Part shown: in pieces, positions 19,535 to 29,326 of the stretch
Layout: each line of letters opens with the position of its first letter
How positions within the stretch are numbered: position 1 is the stretch's first letter
Origin: Fibrobacteria bacterium
Lineage (GTDB): Bacteria > Fibrobacterota > Fibrobacteria > UBA11236
Assembly: GCA_043732185.1 (NCBI GenBank)
Contig: JAYTHY010000001.1
Coordinates: 1-47,121, forward strand
DNA: 47,121 nt
Direction of reading: 5' to 3'
Notes under the pieces: model-generated
What the model saw: the letters and a program-made list of their open reading frames with translations, nothing else
Told to the model about the DNA's origin: nothing
The model's database searches: none
Program-made: the position numbers and the translations under genes

Positions 19535-20538
19535 GATTTGGCTTTACCCGTTACAAAGTAGAATCCTCCCCCCAGCATGACAACCAACCCCACTACCGAG
19601 GGGAGGAAAGCCAAGGCTGCGGCGGTCACTTTAATATCGCTTTGCGAATTGCCAAGTGGAGTCAGGGCTAACACACCCGGCAAGGTGTAGAGATAGGTGC
19701 CGATACTTTGGGGTATGCCCCACCCCCCTACGTTAAGCGGAATGACCCCCGCGAGTGCAATGATGGGGATAAAGCAAAAGAAAAAAACCGGTGAAATGCC
19801 AATTCCGAGTCCAATCGCAGAAAACCAATGCACATTGATGCGAAGGACCTGTACCACGCAAGACACTAAAACCACATACCCCATCCCTACATATCGGGCC
19901 CGGTAGGCTATTAAGATGTCCTGCAACCTGGTATAGCTGTCATCGAGCCATTTTATATTTGTCCATTGAACAACAGAATGGGTCAGCGAGGCAATGCGCC
20001 GACTGAGCAGAAAAATCAGCGCTAGGACAAAGCAGGCAAATATCACTGATACGGCAATGAGCAAATGCCTAAAGACCTGATGATCGAGATTGTTTCTCCA
20101 TAATGAAAGCGTCACAGCAATAAGCGAGAGCAAGGACAGCGAAAAAAATCCAATCAACCTATCCAGAAAAGTAGCCGCCACCGCCTTGCCCCATCCGTCC
20201 ATGCCTTTCTGAACTTCATAAACCCGTAAGGCATCTCCCCCAATGGTTCCCGGCAGGAAGTTGTTGAGAAACATTCCCGAATAGTAAGTGCGGAAACAAT
20301 CCCGAAACCGAAATTCGATTCCTTGAATGCGTAGGAGCAAATGCCATTGGTAGGCGCCAGCTATGACGGAAAGGAAAAACAAAACGCCCGCCAATAGTAT
20401 CCAGGTTGGATGGGCGGACAATAGGACGGTAATAATTCGTCCCTGACCATTTTTTGCGATTACATACCACAAAATGGAAACAGCCGAGATCAATCTTATC
20501 CAAAACCATAGATGCCGCATCGCTACTTTTTGGGTCAC
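19531..20538 (-). CDS. Lysylphosphatidylglycerol synthase TM-domain / UPF0104 flippase-like membrane protein
   Basis: Multi-TM; WHLLL, GMFLNNFLPGTIGGDALRV, TFLDRLIG, IPLNVGGWG. Confidence 0.85.
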   Translation of the reverse strand: MTQKVAMRHLWFWIRLISAVSILWYVIAKNGQGRIITVLLSAHPTWILLAGVLFFLSVIAGAYQWHLLLRIQGIEFRFRDCFRTYYSGMFLNNFLPGTIGGDALRVYEVQKGMDGWGKAVAATFLDRLIGFFSLSLLSLIAVTLSLWRNNLDHQVFRHLLIAVSVIFACFVLALIFLLSRRIASLTHSVVQWTNIKWLDDSYTRLQDILIAYRARYVGMGYVVLVSCVVQVLRINVHWFSAIGLGIGISPVFFFCFIPIIALAGVIPLNVGGWGIPQSIGTYLYTLPGVLALTPLGNSQSDIKVTAAALAFLPSVVGLVVMLGGGFYFVTGKAKS

Positions 20539-21698
20539 ACAGTTGCCCTTGATTGTGCGTATGATGCTCGGCCCAATCGGTGTTCTTCCCGAACCTCAAG
20601 TAAGGCGTTTCGCGTCACCTCATAGGCCCGCTCCCAGGTATGTTTACTTGCCCAGACTAGGGAATTGGCCCTTAGCGAATTGGCCAAGCTGGAATCTCCA
20701 AGAATTTTACCGAGCGCTTCGGCAAAAGCAGTGACATCGCCAAAGGGGACTAAAAATCCCGTTTCACCATCGCGGACACTATCGCAAAGGCCGGGTACAT
20801 TGGTTGCCACAACAGGCGTCCCGCAGGCATTGGCTTCAATGGAAGTGAGGCCCCAACCCTCTTTAAGCGACGAGTTTACCACGACGCGAGCATTTGCATA
20901 AAGCTCCACTTTACGCTCCTCACTCACAAAGCCCAGAAAATGCGTCCACGATTCCATCTTCAAGCTAACGGTTAAACTTTTAAGGCGTGGTACATCATCG
21001 CCGGAGCCTACGATATCCAGCTCCAAATCCGGCCACTTAGCCTTAAGCTGAACAACTGCTTTTAGAATCACCTCGAGACCCTTGTATTTTTTAACGCGCC
21101 CCACATAAAGAATCCGACATCCGACTTTTTCACTATTTCCAGGCGGACGATACAGTTTAAGATCTGCTCCTTCCGGGGCAATATCCACCCTTCCAAAACC
21201 TTTTCTCACCAGCTCGGCTTGGCTACTGGCGGAACCGGTCAGTACCCGACTCCGTTTATATGCAGAAGGCATCAAGCATTCAAAGGCCAGTACATAGAGC
21301 GCCATGGGCCAAGCCGTTTCATAAAAAAGCACTCGCCCAAAAAGATGATGGATTTGTGCAACCACCGGGCGGGAAGTGAACCAAGGTAGGAGAAAAGGAA
21401 TTTTGTTGGAATCGTCCAAGACAATGTCGATGCGTTCACGGCGGCACCACACCCCCAAGTTCAACCAAACCCAATAATTAAAAAGAAATTTTCCACCGCT
21501 GCGACGAACCAGTACACCATCAATATTTTCTTCCGCTAGTCCACCCGTAAACTGGTGGGAATGTTGGATACAGGTAAAACCATCCCGGACCAGCCGCACG
21601 GCCACCTCATGCAGGTGGACCTCAGCACCTCCGGCTTCCGGATTGCGGATATCGCGCCAGTTCACCAACAAGACGCGAGGACGAACCGGATTTTTCAA
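20535..21698 (-). CDS. GT4 glycosyltransferase
   Basis: NWRDIRNPEAGGAEVHL, YVGRVKKYKG, EX7E motif SLKEGWGLTSIEANACGTPVV, DGETGFLV. Confidence 0.92.
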   Translation of the reverse strand: MKNPVRPRVLLVNWRDIRNPEAGGAEVHLHEVAVRLVRDGFTCIQHSHQFTGGLAEENIDGVLVRRSGGKFLFNYWVWLNLGVWCRRERIDIVLDDSNKIPFLLPWFTSRPVVAQIHHLFGRVLFYETAWPMALYVLAFECLMPSAYKRSRVLTGSASSQAELVRKGFGRVDIAPEGADLKLYRPPGNSEKVGCRILYVGRVKKYKGLEVILKAVVQLKAKWPDLELDIVGSGDDVPRLKSLTVSLKMESWTHFLGFVSEERKVELYANARVVVNSSLKEGWGLTSIEANACGTPVVATNVPGLCDSVRDGETGFLVPFGDVTAFAEALGKILGDSSLANSLRANSLVWASKHTWERAYEVTRNALLEVREEHRLGRASYAQSRATV

Positions 21699-21717
21699 TC
21701 GGCCTTCGACCCAGCGG

Positions 21718-24700
21718 TTAGGACTTGCCGGCAGGAGCAGTCGTTTTAGGTGCCGAAGTTCCTTTGAGTGCTGTGTCCTTGGTTTTCGGGGTGACGGATT
21801 TTAAGGCTGGACCGGCTTCGTGACCCGGGGCTAAACCAGGAATGCCCCCAGCACCTGGGGCCGGCGCTGCCTTGGATGGCACCATGGGGCCATTCGTGGC
21901 AGGCTGTGGCGCTAGTTGATTTTGGAGTTGCCCCTCAATATACTGGATCTGCTGACTGACCATCGCAGAATATTGGTGGTTTGGATTGCCCCGCAACCAC
22001 TCCGACAGCACATCGTGCGCTTTACCCAGTTCTCCGCGTTTTTGGTACAAGTCGCTCAGACTGTACCAGATTTCGAAATCACCAGGTGAAGAGTTCTTCA
22101 ATTCGGTCAGCAAAGATTCCGCTTGGGGGAACTTGCTTTGTTCCATGTAAAGTTGGGCCAAATTGGTGCCGAACAGTTTGGGGCTGGGCGCCTCCGCAAT
22201 GCCCTTTTTATAATACGCCTCAGCCTGCACATAGTCTTTGATGCCGGAATAGAATTGTGCTCCGTAATAATTATTGCGCCATTCACGTGGCAGAATGTGG
22301 GCATTCAGCTTCAAATATCTTTCAGCGAAAGCGATTTTTTCAGCCCGTTCCTTTTCATTTGCAGAAATCAAATTACGGATGGAATCCGTAAGCGCCGGAC
22401 CCGACAGCTTACGCAAGGATTCCGTTTGTTTATCAAGCGCTGCAATTTTTTCCTGCGCCCACATGACCAGATGGAAATTGGTGGCGGAATAATTGGTAAG
22501 CAATCCTTCCGTATTAAGATCCACATAGAGCGAAGGATCGCCTAAGCCGCGATACCGGTAAACCGAGTCCACCATTTTTGCGGTAACGGCAGCATCGATT
22601 TCCTTGTTCTTCTTCTCTTCCACCAACGTGTAAACCATGCCTTCCATAATCAAATACTTTTCCAGCCCCATCATATTGTCGTCGGAAACCGTTACAGCAA
22701 ATTGGATAGGATGGGCAGGATAATTGTTCTGGGCAATATGCAAAACCATGATGTCTTGCACCTTAAGATAGGAGCGCGGTTCCAATTCCACGGTAATGGC
22801 CGAATTAGGAATCTTAAAGCCAACGGTCTTTTTGAACTGCCAGGGTTGGGGCTCCAAAGCATCGATTTCAGCATCGCTGAATCCAATGACCAACTTGGGC
22901 TCATGTGTCTTAAGCTGATGAATATACCAATTGGTATTGACCAAGGATAGATTTACCACTCTTACATCCTTGCGAATTCCCTCTACTTCTTGAATAAACC
23001 AAAGAGGAAAAGTGTCATTGTCTCCATTGGTAAATAAGATTGCGTTTTGCCTACAACTCATAAGCAAATTGTAAGCATAGTCCCAAGGAATATAATCGCC
23101 GGTACGATCATGCTCCTTCCAATTTGAAAATGCCGGGACGGCCAAGGCCAGTGAGGCAAGCGCCACGCCTACTCCCCTAGGCAGCATTTTGTTTTTTCCC
23201 CCTTGACCCAACTTGTTCAGTAAAAAGGCCGAAGACAATCCGAAAAGTATACCCATGAACATAAAGCCGGGTGTAAAGAAGTAATCCCGATCCCGTACTT
23301 CGATATGCACGTTTTCCGGCTTCTGCTGAGGGTTGAATTTGGCTTCTTTCCAATACTGATAGTCCCGCATTTCCATTTGTGATCCGTCCGCAAAATTCAT
23401 GTAAAATATCATTGCATAACTTCCCACGCCAAAGAGCAACATGAGGTAAATGCCGATATGCGGATTGCGTTTGTAGGCAAGGTAACCGCCGTAAACAAAG
23501 GGAAATTGCAAAAGCAGGAACAACAAGAATTGAAGGCGTGGTTTGTCCCCCAAATTTGAAGTGAGGGTATTGAACTCATGCTTCCAAGGAAAACTTCTTA
23601 AAAGCGGTTCGTTTTCGTCAGCCCTGGTTTCGCCGACTTTCCAGGGAAAGTACTGAGAGAGTAAATAGCCCCCAAATCCCATGTGCGGGTATACGAGAAA
23701 TTGATTCTGAATTTGTCCACGACGATGAAAGGCTCGTGTTATCATGGATTCCGAACCATATTGTTTGCGCTCCAAATACTCCTTAAATACGTTCCAGGTC
23801 CTGGGCTCGTTTTCATCAATATTCGGGCTAACTTTGGAACGGATGGGTACATAGGAATAGCTTGAAAAGCCGATGAGCGCTACGATGCAGAGCCACATCG
23901 ACATGGACCAGCGATTTTTCAATGTGGGTGTCTTGGACATGAATTTGGCAATCAGACTGATTACCAAGGTTGCACCGGCAAAAAAGATAAAGTCACCGAT
24001 ATCATAGATAATGGAAAATAATCCAAGCCCTGTAATGGCCAAGGGGAGATCAAACTCCATATCCGGCACGGCCGCCGTAGCGACGACGCCTATCAGTAAA
24101 GTGGCGATGTAAGCCCAGATGAGACCCTGACCCATGCCGCCAGAAACAACCGCTCCCAATACGAAAAAAGTTGCCGCTAAAAGCACGAAGCCTAACCAGT
24201 TTTTCCGGTGATTAGGGTCGGCGATGATGATAAAAACTCCTACCGCGGGCATGGTGATAAAAGAGAAGGGATGAATTCCCATACCTAGAAAACCAAGATA
24301 TGCAATCAACAATAGCACACGGTTGGCTTTTGGATTTCCCCGCTGTTCATACCATTCCAATGAGAGCCAGGAGATGCACATGACAATGAGCATTGATGAA
24401 CCATAGACTTCAGCTTCCACTGCGCTAAACCAAAATGTATCGGAAAAAGTGACTAAGAAGCTCCCGATTATCGCAGAACAATAGGTCGCGAAACGAGAAA
24501 GTTTGTTCTCGAAAAGAATTCCCAGCGCCTTAATTGAAAAAAGGAATGCGATCAAAATCGTCAGTGAACTGGTGAGCACGGAAATAAAATTGACCCTGGT
24601 TGCCAATTCTTTAAAGGGCGCTACCATAATAAAAACACGCGCCATGAGAGTAAATAGCGGGTTTCCAGGCGGGTGGGGATTGCCAAGGATATTGGATGCA

Positions 24701-24822
24701 CCCACTAATTCACCGCAATCCCAAAAGGATACTGTCGGTGCCATGGTCAGCATATAAGTGACAAAGGCCACGGAAAAAACAAAAAGGGCTAAGAGGATTT
24801 TCGTCTGTTTGTCATTGAGCAT
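21718..24822 (-). CDS. DUF2723 / TMEM260-family GT-C membrane glycosyltransferase with C-terminal TPRs
   Basis: TMAPTVSFWDCGEL...HPPGNPLF, FSDTFWFSAVEAEVY, ERKQYG, EVRDRDYFF, AILFTNGDNDTFPLWFIQEVEGIRKDVRVVNLSL..TNWY; many TM helices; C-terminal TPRs and a P/A/K/T tail. Start ATG 24822 lies 1 bp after the nusB stop. Confidence 0.9.
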   Translation of the reverse strand: MLNDKQTKILLALFVFSVAFVTYMLTMAPTVSFWDCGELVGASNILGNPHPPGNPLFTLMARVFIMVAPFKELATRVNFISVLTSSLTILIAFLFSIKALGILFENKLSRFATYCSAIIGSFLVTFSDTFWFSAVEAEVYGSSMLIVMCISWLSLEWYEQRGNPKANRVLLLIAYLGFLGMGIHPFSFITMPAVGVFIIIADPNHRKNWLGFVLLAATFFVLGAVVSGGMGQGLIWAYIATLLIGVVATAAVPDMEFDLPLAITGLGLFSIIYDIGDFIFFAGATLVISLIAKFMSKTPTLKNRWSMSMWLCIVALIGFSSYSYVPIRSKVSPNIDENEPRTWNVFKEYLERKQYGSESMITRAFHRRGQIQNQFLVYPHMGFGGYLLSQYFPWKVGETRADENEPLLRSFPWKHEFNTLTSNLGDKPRLQFLLFLLLQFPFVYGGYLAYKRNPHIGIYLMLLFGVGSYAMIFYMNFADGSQMEMRDYQYWKEAKFNPQQKPENVHIEVRDRDYFFTPGFMFMGILFGLSSAFLLNKLGQGGKNKMLPRGVGVALASLALAVPAFSNWKEHDRTGDYIPWDYAYNLLMSCRQNAILFTNGDNDTFPLWFIQEVEGIRKDVRVVNLSLVNTNWYIHQLKTHEPKLVIGFSDAEIDALEPQPWQFKKTVGFKIPNSAITVELEPRSYLKVQDIMVLHIAQNNYPAHPIQFAVTVSDDNMMGLEKYLIMEGMVYTLVEEKKNKEIDAAVTAKMVDSVYRYRGLGDPSLYVDLNTEGLLTNYSATNFHLVMWAQEKIAALDKQTESLRKLSGPALTDSIRNLISANEKERAEKIAFAERYLKLNAHILPREWRNNYYGAQFYSGIKDYVQAEAYYKKGIAEAPSPKLFGTNLAQLYMEQSKFPQAESLLTELKNSSPGDFEIWYSLSDLYQKRGELGKAHDVLSEWLRGNPNHQYSAMVSQQIQYIEGQLQNQLAPQPATNGPMVPSKAAPAPGAGGIPGLAPGHEAGPALKSVTPKTKDTALKGTSAPKTTAPAGKS

Positions 24823-24823
24823 T

Positions 24824-25249
24824 TTACGGATTCCTTTGAATGGAACTGGGGAAGGATTTGGCGATGGCGTCAAGGACGCCGTTTACAAAGCGACTGGATT
24901 CGCCTGTGGAAAATTTTTTGGCGATATCTACCGCCTCATTAATGGCCACCCCCGTAGGGATGTCCGGAAAATACATAAGCTCGGCGGCTGCGCAGCAAAT
25001 GATCAGTCTGTCAACAATGGCGATGCGTTCTAAATTCCAATGGCTGGAGGCTTCCACGATTTTGGCATCGATATCTTCCTGGTGCTCCAAGACTTTACGG
25101 CTCAGCAATGTGCCATATTCCTTGGCATCCATGGGCAAATCGGGATCGACGGACATGGTTTTGACAGCCGTAGCAAACGACTCCTTCCCCACTTCCACCG
25201 CATAGAGCAATTGCATCGCGAATTCGCGACCGCGCCTTTTGGAAATCAT
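24824..25249 (-). CDS. nusB: Transcription antitermination factor NusB
   Basis: RRGREFAMQLLY, WNLERIAIVDR, VAINEAVDIAKKF, SSRFVNGVLD; ATGA overlap with ribH. Confidence 0.95.
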   Translation of the reverse strand: MISKRRGREFAMQLLYAVEVGKESFATAVKTMSVDPDLPMDAKEYGTLLSRKVLEHQEDIDAKIVEASSHWNLERIAIVDRLIICCAAAELMYFPDIPTGVAINEAVDIAKKFSTGESSRFVNGVLDAIAKSFPSSIQRNP

Positions 25250-25710
25250 TTCAGCTGATCCCACAGGTTGGTCATTTCAATCGCTGCTAAAGCGGAGTCC
25301 CAACCCTTATTGCCGCCCTTGGAACCGGCGCGTTCGAGGGCCTGCTCAAGGGAATCTGTAGTGAGGACTCCAAAAATAACGGGAATGCCGGATTGCATGG
25401 CGACTTCGGCCACACCACGTGTTACAGTAGCCACGACTTGGTCGAAATGCGGCGTAGCGCCGCGAATGACAGCACCCAATGCGACAATGGCATGGTACTT
25501 GCCGGAACCAGCTATTTGCTTGGCTACCTGGGGAATTTCACACGCCCCGGGAACCCAGACCACGGTAAAATCTTTTTCCAGTCCGCCGTGGCGCATAAAA
25601 CCGTCACGCGCACCTTCCAGGAGCTGGGTTGTCACCAGGGAATTGAATCGTGAGACGACCACCGCAATTTTTTTCTTATTTACTGTCAGCGTTCCTTCAA
25701 TAACCGGCAT
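25246..25710 (-). CDS. ribH: 6,7-dimethyl-8-ribityllumazine synthase
   Basis: VVSRFN, VPGACEIP, LGAVIRGATPHFD, FGVLTT, ERAGSKGGNKG. Confidence 0.96.
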   Translation of the reverse strand: MPVIEGTLTVNKKKIAVVVSRFNSLVTTQLLEGARDGFMRHGGLEKDFTVVWVPGACEIPQVAKQIAGSGKYHAIVALGAVIRGATPHFDQVVATVTRGVAEVAMQSGIPVIFGVLTTDSLEQALERAGSKGGNKGWDSALAAIEMTNLWDQLK

Positions 25711-25711
25711 G

Positions 25712-26887
25712 TTACCTCCTTGCCAACGATTTGGATCCAGATTTTACCAAAGGCGTTTGTCGCATGATTTTAAGGCCATAGCCTTCCAAACCCTGAATGC
25801 GCTTGGGATGATTGGTCAATAGGTTCAATTGACGCACGCCTAAGTCAAAAAGTATTTGAGCGCCAATGCCATAAGTGCGGGCATCCATGGCCAAACCATG
25901 AGCGTTGCGAATGGCTGCACTCGAAGCTTTATTCCCTGGTTTCGCCCCAGTGGATTCTGTTTCTGCGAGCAACCCCAGCTTACGGGAGAAATCAGCTTCC
26001 GGATCGACCTGGCGCATGTAGAGAAATATCCCACCGTGTTTGGAGATATAATCCAGTCCCAATTGCTTTAAAGAACCACAGTTGCATTGCAAGGACTCGA
26101 ATACATCCCCTATCAAACACTCGGAGTGCACGCGCACGTTGATGGTATGCTTGCTGGCGACCTCGCCTTTGACCAAAGCCAAATGTTTGCGGCCATGGAT
26201 GACGTCCTCGTACAAAAAGGCGCGAAAGGATGCAGAAGGGATTGGAAAGTGTGGCGAAGCCACACGGCGGATCAACTTTTCTTGAATCCTGCGGTAGCCG
26301 ATCAAATCTTCTACGGAAATAATCTTGAGACGATGCTTCTTGGCAAATTTGACGCTGTCCTTGAGCCGCGCCATCGTCCCATTTTCATTCATGATTTCAC
26401 AAATGACACCCGCACTGCCTAGGCCGGCCATTTCCACCAAGTCTACGGCTGCCTCGGTATGCCCGGCACGGACAAGCACTCCACCCCGTCTGGCTTTGAG
26501 AGGGAAAATATGGCCGGGCCGAATAAAATCTTCATGGCCAAAATTCGCATCACCCAGCGCCCGCGACGTTGCACTGCGATCCGCGGCGCTGATTCCAGTG
26601 GTGGTGCCTTCGCGTACTTCCACAGAAACCGTAAAAGCTGTTTCGTGCCTGGATAAATTGGTTTCGGCCATTGGCGGGAGGCGCAAGGTTTCCACGCGTT
26701 CAGCGGATAGCGCTACACAAATCAGCCCACGCGCATGTTTCGCCAGAAAGTTTATTTTTGCGGCTGTCGATTTACTCGCGGCAAAAACTACGTCGCCTTC
26801 ATTTTCACGGTCGCGATCATCCACGACAACGACGAGGCGGCCTTTCTTAATATCGGCAACCGCCTCAGGTATGGTATTAAACTCCAT
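25712..26887 (-). CDS. ribB: DHBP synthase fused to a degenerate GTP cyclohydrolase II domain (RibBA/RibBX-type)
   Basis: DDRDRENEGD, TAFTVSV, TTGISAADR, RPGHIFPL, RAGHTEA, ICEIM; then VRVHSEC...CNC but no EGRGIG motif. Confidence 0.88.
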   Translation of the reverse strand: MEFNTIPEAVADIKKGRLVVVVDDRDRENEGDVVFAASKSTAAKINFLAKHARGLICVALSAERVETLRLPPMAETNLSRHETAFTVSVEVREGTTTGISAADRSATSRALGDANFGHEDFIRPGHIFPLKARRGGVLVRAGHTEAAVDLVEMAGLGSAGVICEIMNENGTMARLKDSVKFAKKHRLKIISVEDLIGYRRIQEKLIRRVASPHFPIPSASFRAFLYEDVIHGRKHLALVKGEVASKHTINVRVHSECLIGDVFESLQCNCGSLKQLGLDYISKHGGIFLYMRQVDPEADFSRKLGLLAETESTGAKPGNKASSAAIRNAHGLAMDARTYGIGAQILFDLGVRQLNLLTNHPKRIQGLEGYGLKIMRQTPLVKSGSKSLARR

Positions 26888-27563
26888 AGCCCCATTTTTC
26901 CATATTGGTGGAAGTGAGTGTTTCTGGATGTCTACTTCCGCTCGCTACGGACGAAGATTCTACTCGGCCTGCCAATCCCAGAAGCTTCTCGACATACTTG
27001 CCCAAAAGATCCACTTCAATATTCAGGCGTTGTCCGGGCACCACCGTACCGAGGCTCGTATTGGCCAAGGTATGCGGCACTATAGCAAAACGTAATACGT
27101 TTCCATCCACACCAGCAATAGTCAGACTTACTCCATGCAAGGCAATGGAACCTTTAACCACACAATACCGGGTGAATTCTTGGGGAATGCGGAGAGACAA
27201 TTCTTTACCCGCGCCAGCCGCCAAGTCCTTGATGTCCAATACTTCAGCCACGGCATCCACATGTCCTTGTACGATGTGCCCCCCCATGGGGCTACCCGCT
27301 TTTAGGGCAGCTTCCAAGTTGAGGGTGTGGCCCATGCGAACATCGCCCAATGTGGTTACGGAAAGTGTTTCTGGCACAGCCGACACTGTAAAACCATCGG
27401 AATGGATGGCCTCGGCTGTCAGGCACACACCGTTACAGGCCACGCTGTCTCCAAGCGAAAGTCCCATGGCGATCTGGACTGCTTGGATGCGAAAGCGAAT
27501 GGCGGAACCGACTTGAGTCCGTTCTTTAACCACGCCCATTTCTGCAACGATTCCAGTGAACAT
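26877..27563 (-). CDS. ribE: Riboflavin synthase alpha chain
   Basis: MFTGIV N-terminus (ATG 27563), GDSVACNGVCLT, GGHIVQGHVD, KGSIALHGVSLT, NIEVDLLGKYV. Confidence 0.95.
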   Translation of the reverse strand: MFTGIVAEMGVVKERTQVGSAIRFRIQAVQIAMGLSLGDSVACNGVCLTAEAIHSDGFTVSAVPETLSVTTLGDVRMGHTLNLEAALKAGSPMGGHIVQGHVDAVAEVLDIKDLAAGAGKELSLRIPQEFTRYCVVKGSIALHGVSLTIAGVDGNVLRFAIVPHTLANTSLGTVVPGQRLNIEVDLLGKYVEKLLGLAGRVESSSVASGSRHPETLTSTNMEKWGYGV

Positions 27564-27570
27564 GATCGCC

Positions 27571-28731
27571 TCAAACTCCAAGCATGAACGTGTCAAGAGC
27601 GTTCGAGTTGCCGAATTCCGCCCAATAATCATTTTCGAAGGATGCAAAATTACGAAATTTGAGCGATTTTCCCCAGTCCAGTGGCAGTTGCGCGTCCCAC
27701 CGCTGGCCTTCCGGCATAATCTCGGGAGCGGTGGCAATGTATAGAGTGTCCCAAATTCCCGCGTTTATGAAATGAGCCCAAATTTCAGGGCCACCTTCGA
27801 CCAGCACTGAGTGATACCCCCTTTGGGCAAAAAAGGCTAAAAGGGTGGAAAGAGTGGAAAGGGCGGAAGGAGTCCGAGCAGATGCGGTAGCACTTTGCCT
27901 AGATGTCTTTGCTGCAGGAACTGGAAGCTGCACCCACTCCACTCCACTTGGGACGCCCGCCCTGGAATAGCTCATAACCCAAGTCTTGGCCTTACGGTTT
28001 TTGGCAAAAAGTTTTGCATTGGGAGGAAAGGGTCCTCGTCGGCTGAGTATCAAAGCTTCCGGAACAGGTCCCTGATTCAGGCGAGGAGTCAAATCCGGAT
28101 CGTCAATGCGCAAGGTCCGCCCACCTATTAAAACTGCATCCGCGCGCGCGCGCATTTCATGGACATGGCGGCGGGAAGCCTCCCCGGTAATTTTGGTTTC
28201 CACACCAGGGCGAATATTCACTCGCCCGTCCAAACTTTGGGCGATTTTAAGAATGATCTTGGGGCGATGATGGCGGATAAAAAAGAAAAATCCAGCATAA
28301 AATGTGGCAGCCTCTTCAGCCATAGTACCCGTGAGTACCTCAATGCCGGCTTTACGCAGGGCTCGAATGCCTTTGCCACCCACCAAAGGATTTGGGTCTT
28401 GCACAGCCACGACAACTTTTTGAACACCCGCAGCAATCACAGCCAATACACAGGGCGGAGTGCGCCCTTGGTGGGAACAGGGTTCAAGCGTCACATACAA
28501 CGTGCTGCCCCTGGCGCGCAGACTCGCTTTTTTCAAAGCCACTATTTCGGCATGGTTCCCACCCACCGGCCGGGTTCCACCATTGCCAATGACCTTGCCC
28601 GCTTTTACCAAAACTGCGCCGACTGGCGGGTTCGGAAAGGTACTTCCTTTGACCTTACGGGCTTGGGCAAAGGCCATTGCCATGAAGAAAGTGTGGGTAT
28701 GAGAAGAACCGGCTGGGCTTTTTCCGGGCAT
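27571..28731 (-). CDS. ribD: Bifunctional diaminohydroxyphosphoribosylaminopyrimidine deaminase/reductase
   Basis: PNPPVGAVLV, HAE, TLEPCSHQGRTPPC, DPNPLV, KIAQSLDG, DDPDLT, VLVEGG. Confidence 0.95.
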   Translation of the reverse strand: MPGKSPAGSSHTHTFFMAMAFAQARKVKGSTFPNPPVGAVLVKAGKVIGNGGTRPVGGNHAEIVALKKASLRARGSTLYVTLEPCSHQGRTPPCVLAVIAAGVQKVVVAVQDPNPLVGGKGIRALRKAGIEVLTGTMAEEAATFYAGFFFFIRHHRPKIILKIAQSLDGRVNIRPGVETKITGEASRRHVHEMRARADAVLIGGRTLRIDDPDLTPRLNQGPVPEALILSRRGPFPPNAKLFAKNRKAKTWVMSYSRAGVPSGVEWVQLPVPAAKTSRQSATASARTPSALSTLSTLLAFFAQRGYHSVLVEGGPEIWAHFINAGIWDTLYIATAPEIMPEGQRWDAQLPLDWGKSLKFRNFASFENDYWAEFGNSNALDTFMLGV

Positions 28732-28735
28732 ACCC

Positions 28736-29326
28736 TTAATCAGCCAGTACGGTCAGTTCAGGATGGGCCTTTTTTTGCAGGGCACCTTCAATGTACATCA
28801 GGGTTCCCGATGTGGAGCTGGGGCAACTTCCACAAGCGCCCTCGTAGTGGATATGCACCGTGGAACCCTCAATGCCCATGAGCTCAAGTCCGCCCCCATC
28901 ACCGGCCAAACCCGGCCGCACCATTTCATCAAAAATCCGATTGATATGGCCAATCTGTTCCTCCAAGGCCAGCTTAAAGAAATCCGGTGGCCTGAGAATA
29001 CCGGCCCCTGCGGCATGAGGATCGAAATCGATTTCTTGCGGGGCAGGCTCTTCGACGGCAACCAAACTGGCTTCCAAGATATCGGCGATTGGAGTTAAAA
29101 GATTGTTCCAATCGCCATCTTCATCCTTATTCACCGTAACTGTAGTTCCCACATAGAAAACGGAGGTGACATAGGGAAGCTCAAAAAGCTTGGCGGCCAT
29201 TGGATCCGCCTGAGCCGACTCCACGTCCGGAAACGAACGCGAGCCAGATGCAACCACCTTGGTATCCATATGGAATCGAATGGCCAGAGGATTTGGGGTT
29301 TCGGAGGTTTTCAAAACTTTAGCCAT
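28736..29326 (-). CDS. Nfu/NifU-like Fe-S cluster carrier (Nfu_N + NifU_C)
   Basis: ETPNPLAIRF...LFELPYVTSVF....VTVNK; VRPGLAGDGGGL...YEGACGSCPSS. Start set at ATG 29326. Confidence 0.88.
   Translation of the reverse strand: MAKVLKTSETPNPLAIRFHMDTKVVASGSRSFPDVESAQADPMAAKLFELPYVTSVFYVGTTVTVNKDEDGDWNNLLTPIADILEASLVAVEEPAPQEIDFDPHAAGAGILRPPDFFKLALEEQIGHINRIFDEMVRPGLAGDGGGLELMGIEGSTVHIHYEGACGSCPSSTSGTLMYIEGALQKKAHPELTVLAD

Noticed and set aside
25268..28881. Long plus-strand ORFs (184, 256, 203 and 240 aa) opposite the rib genes
   Set aside because: They lie antisense to well-conserved ribH/ribB/ribE/ribD and show no recognisable motifs.
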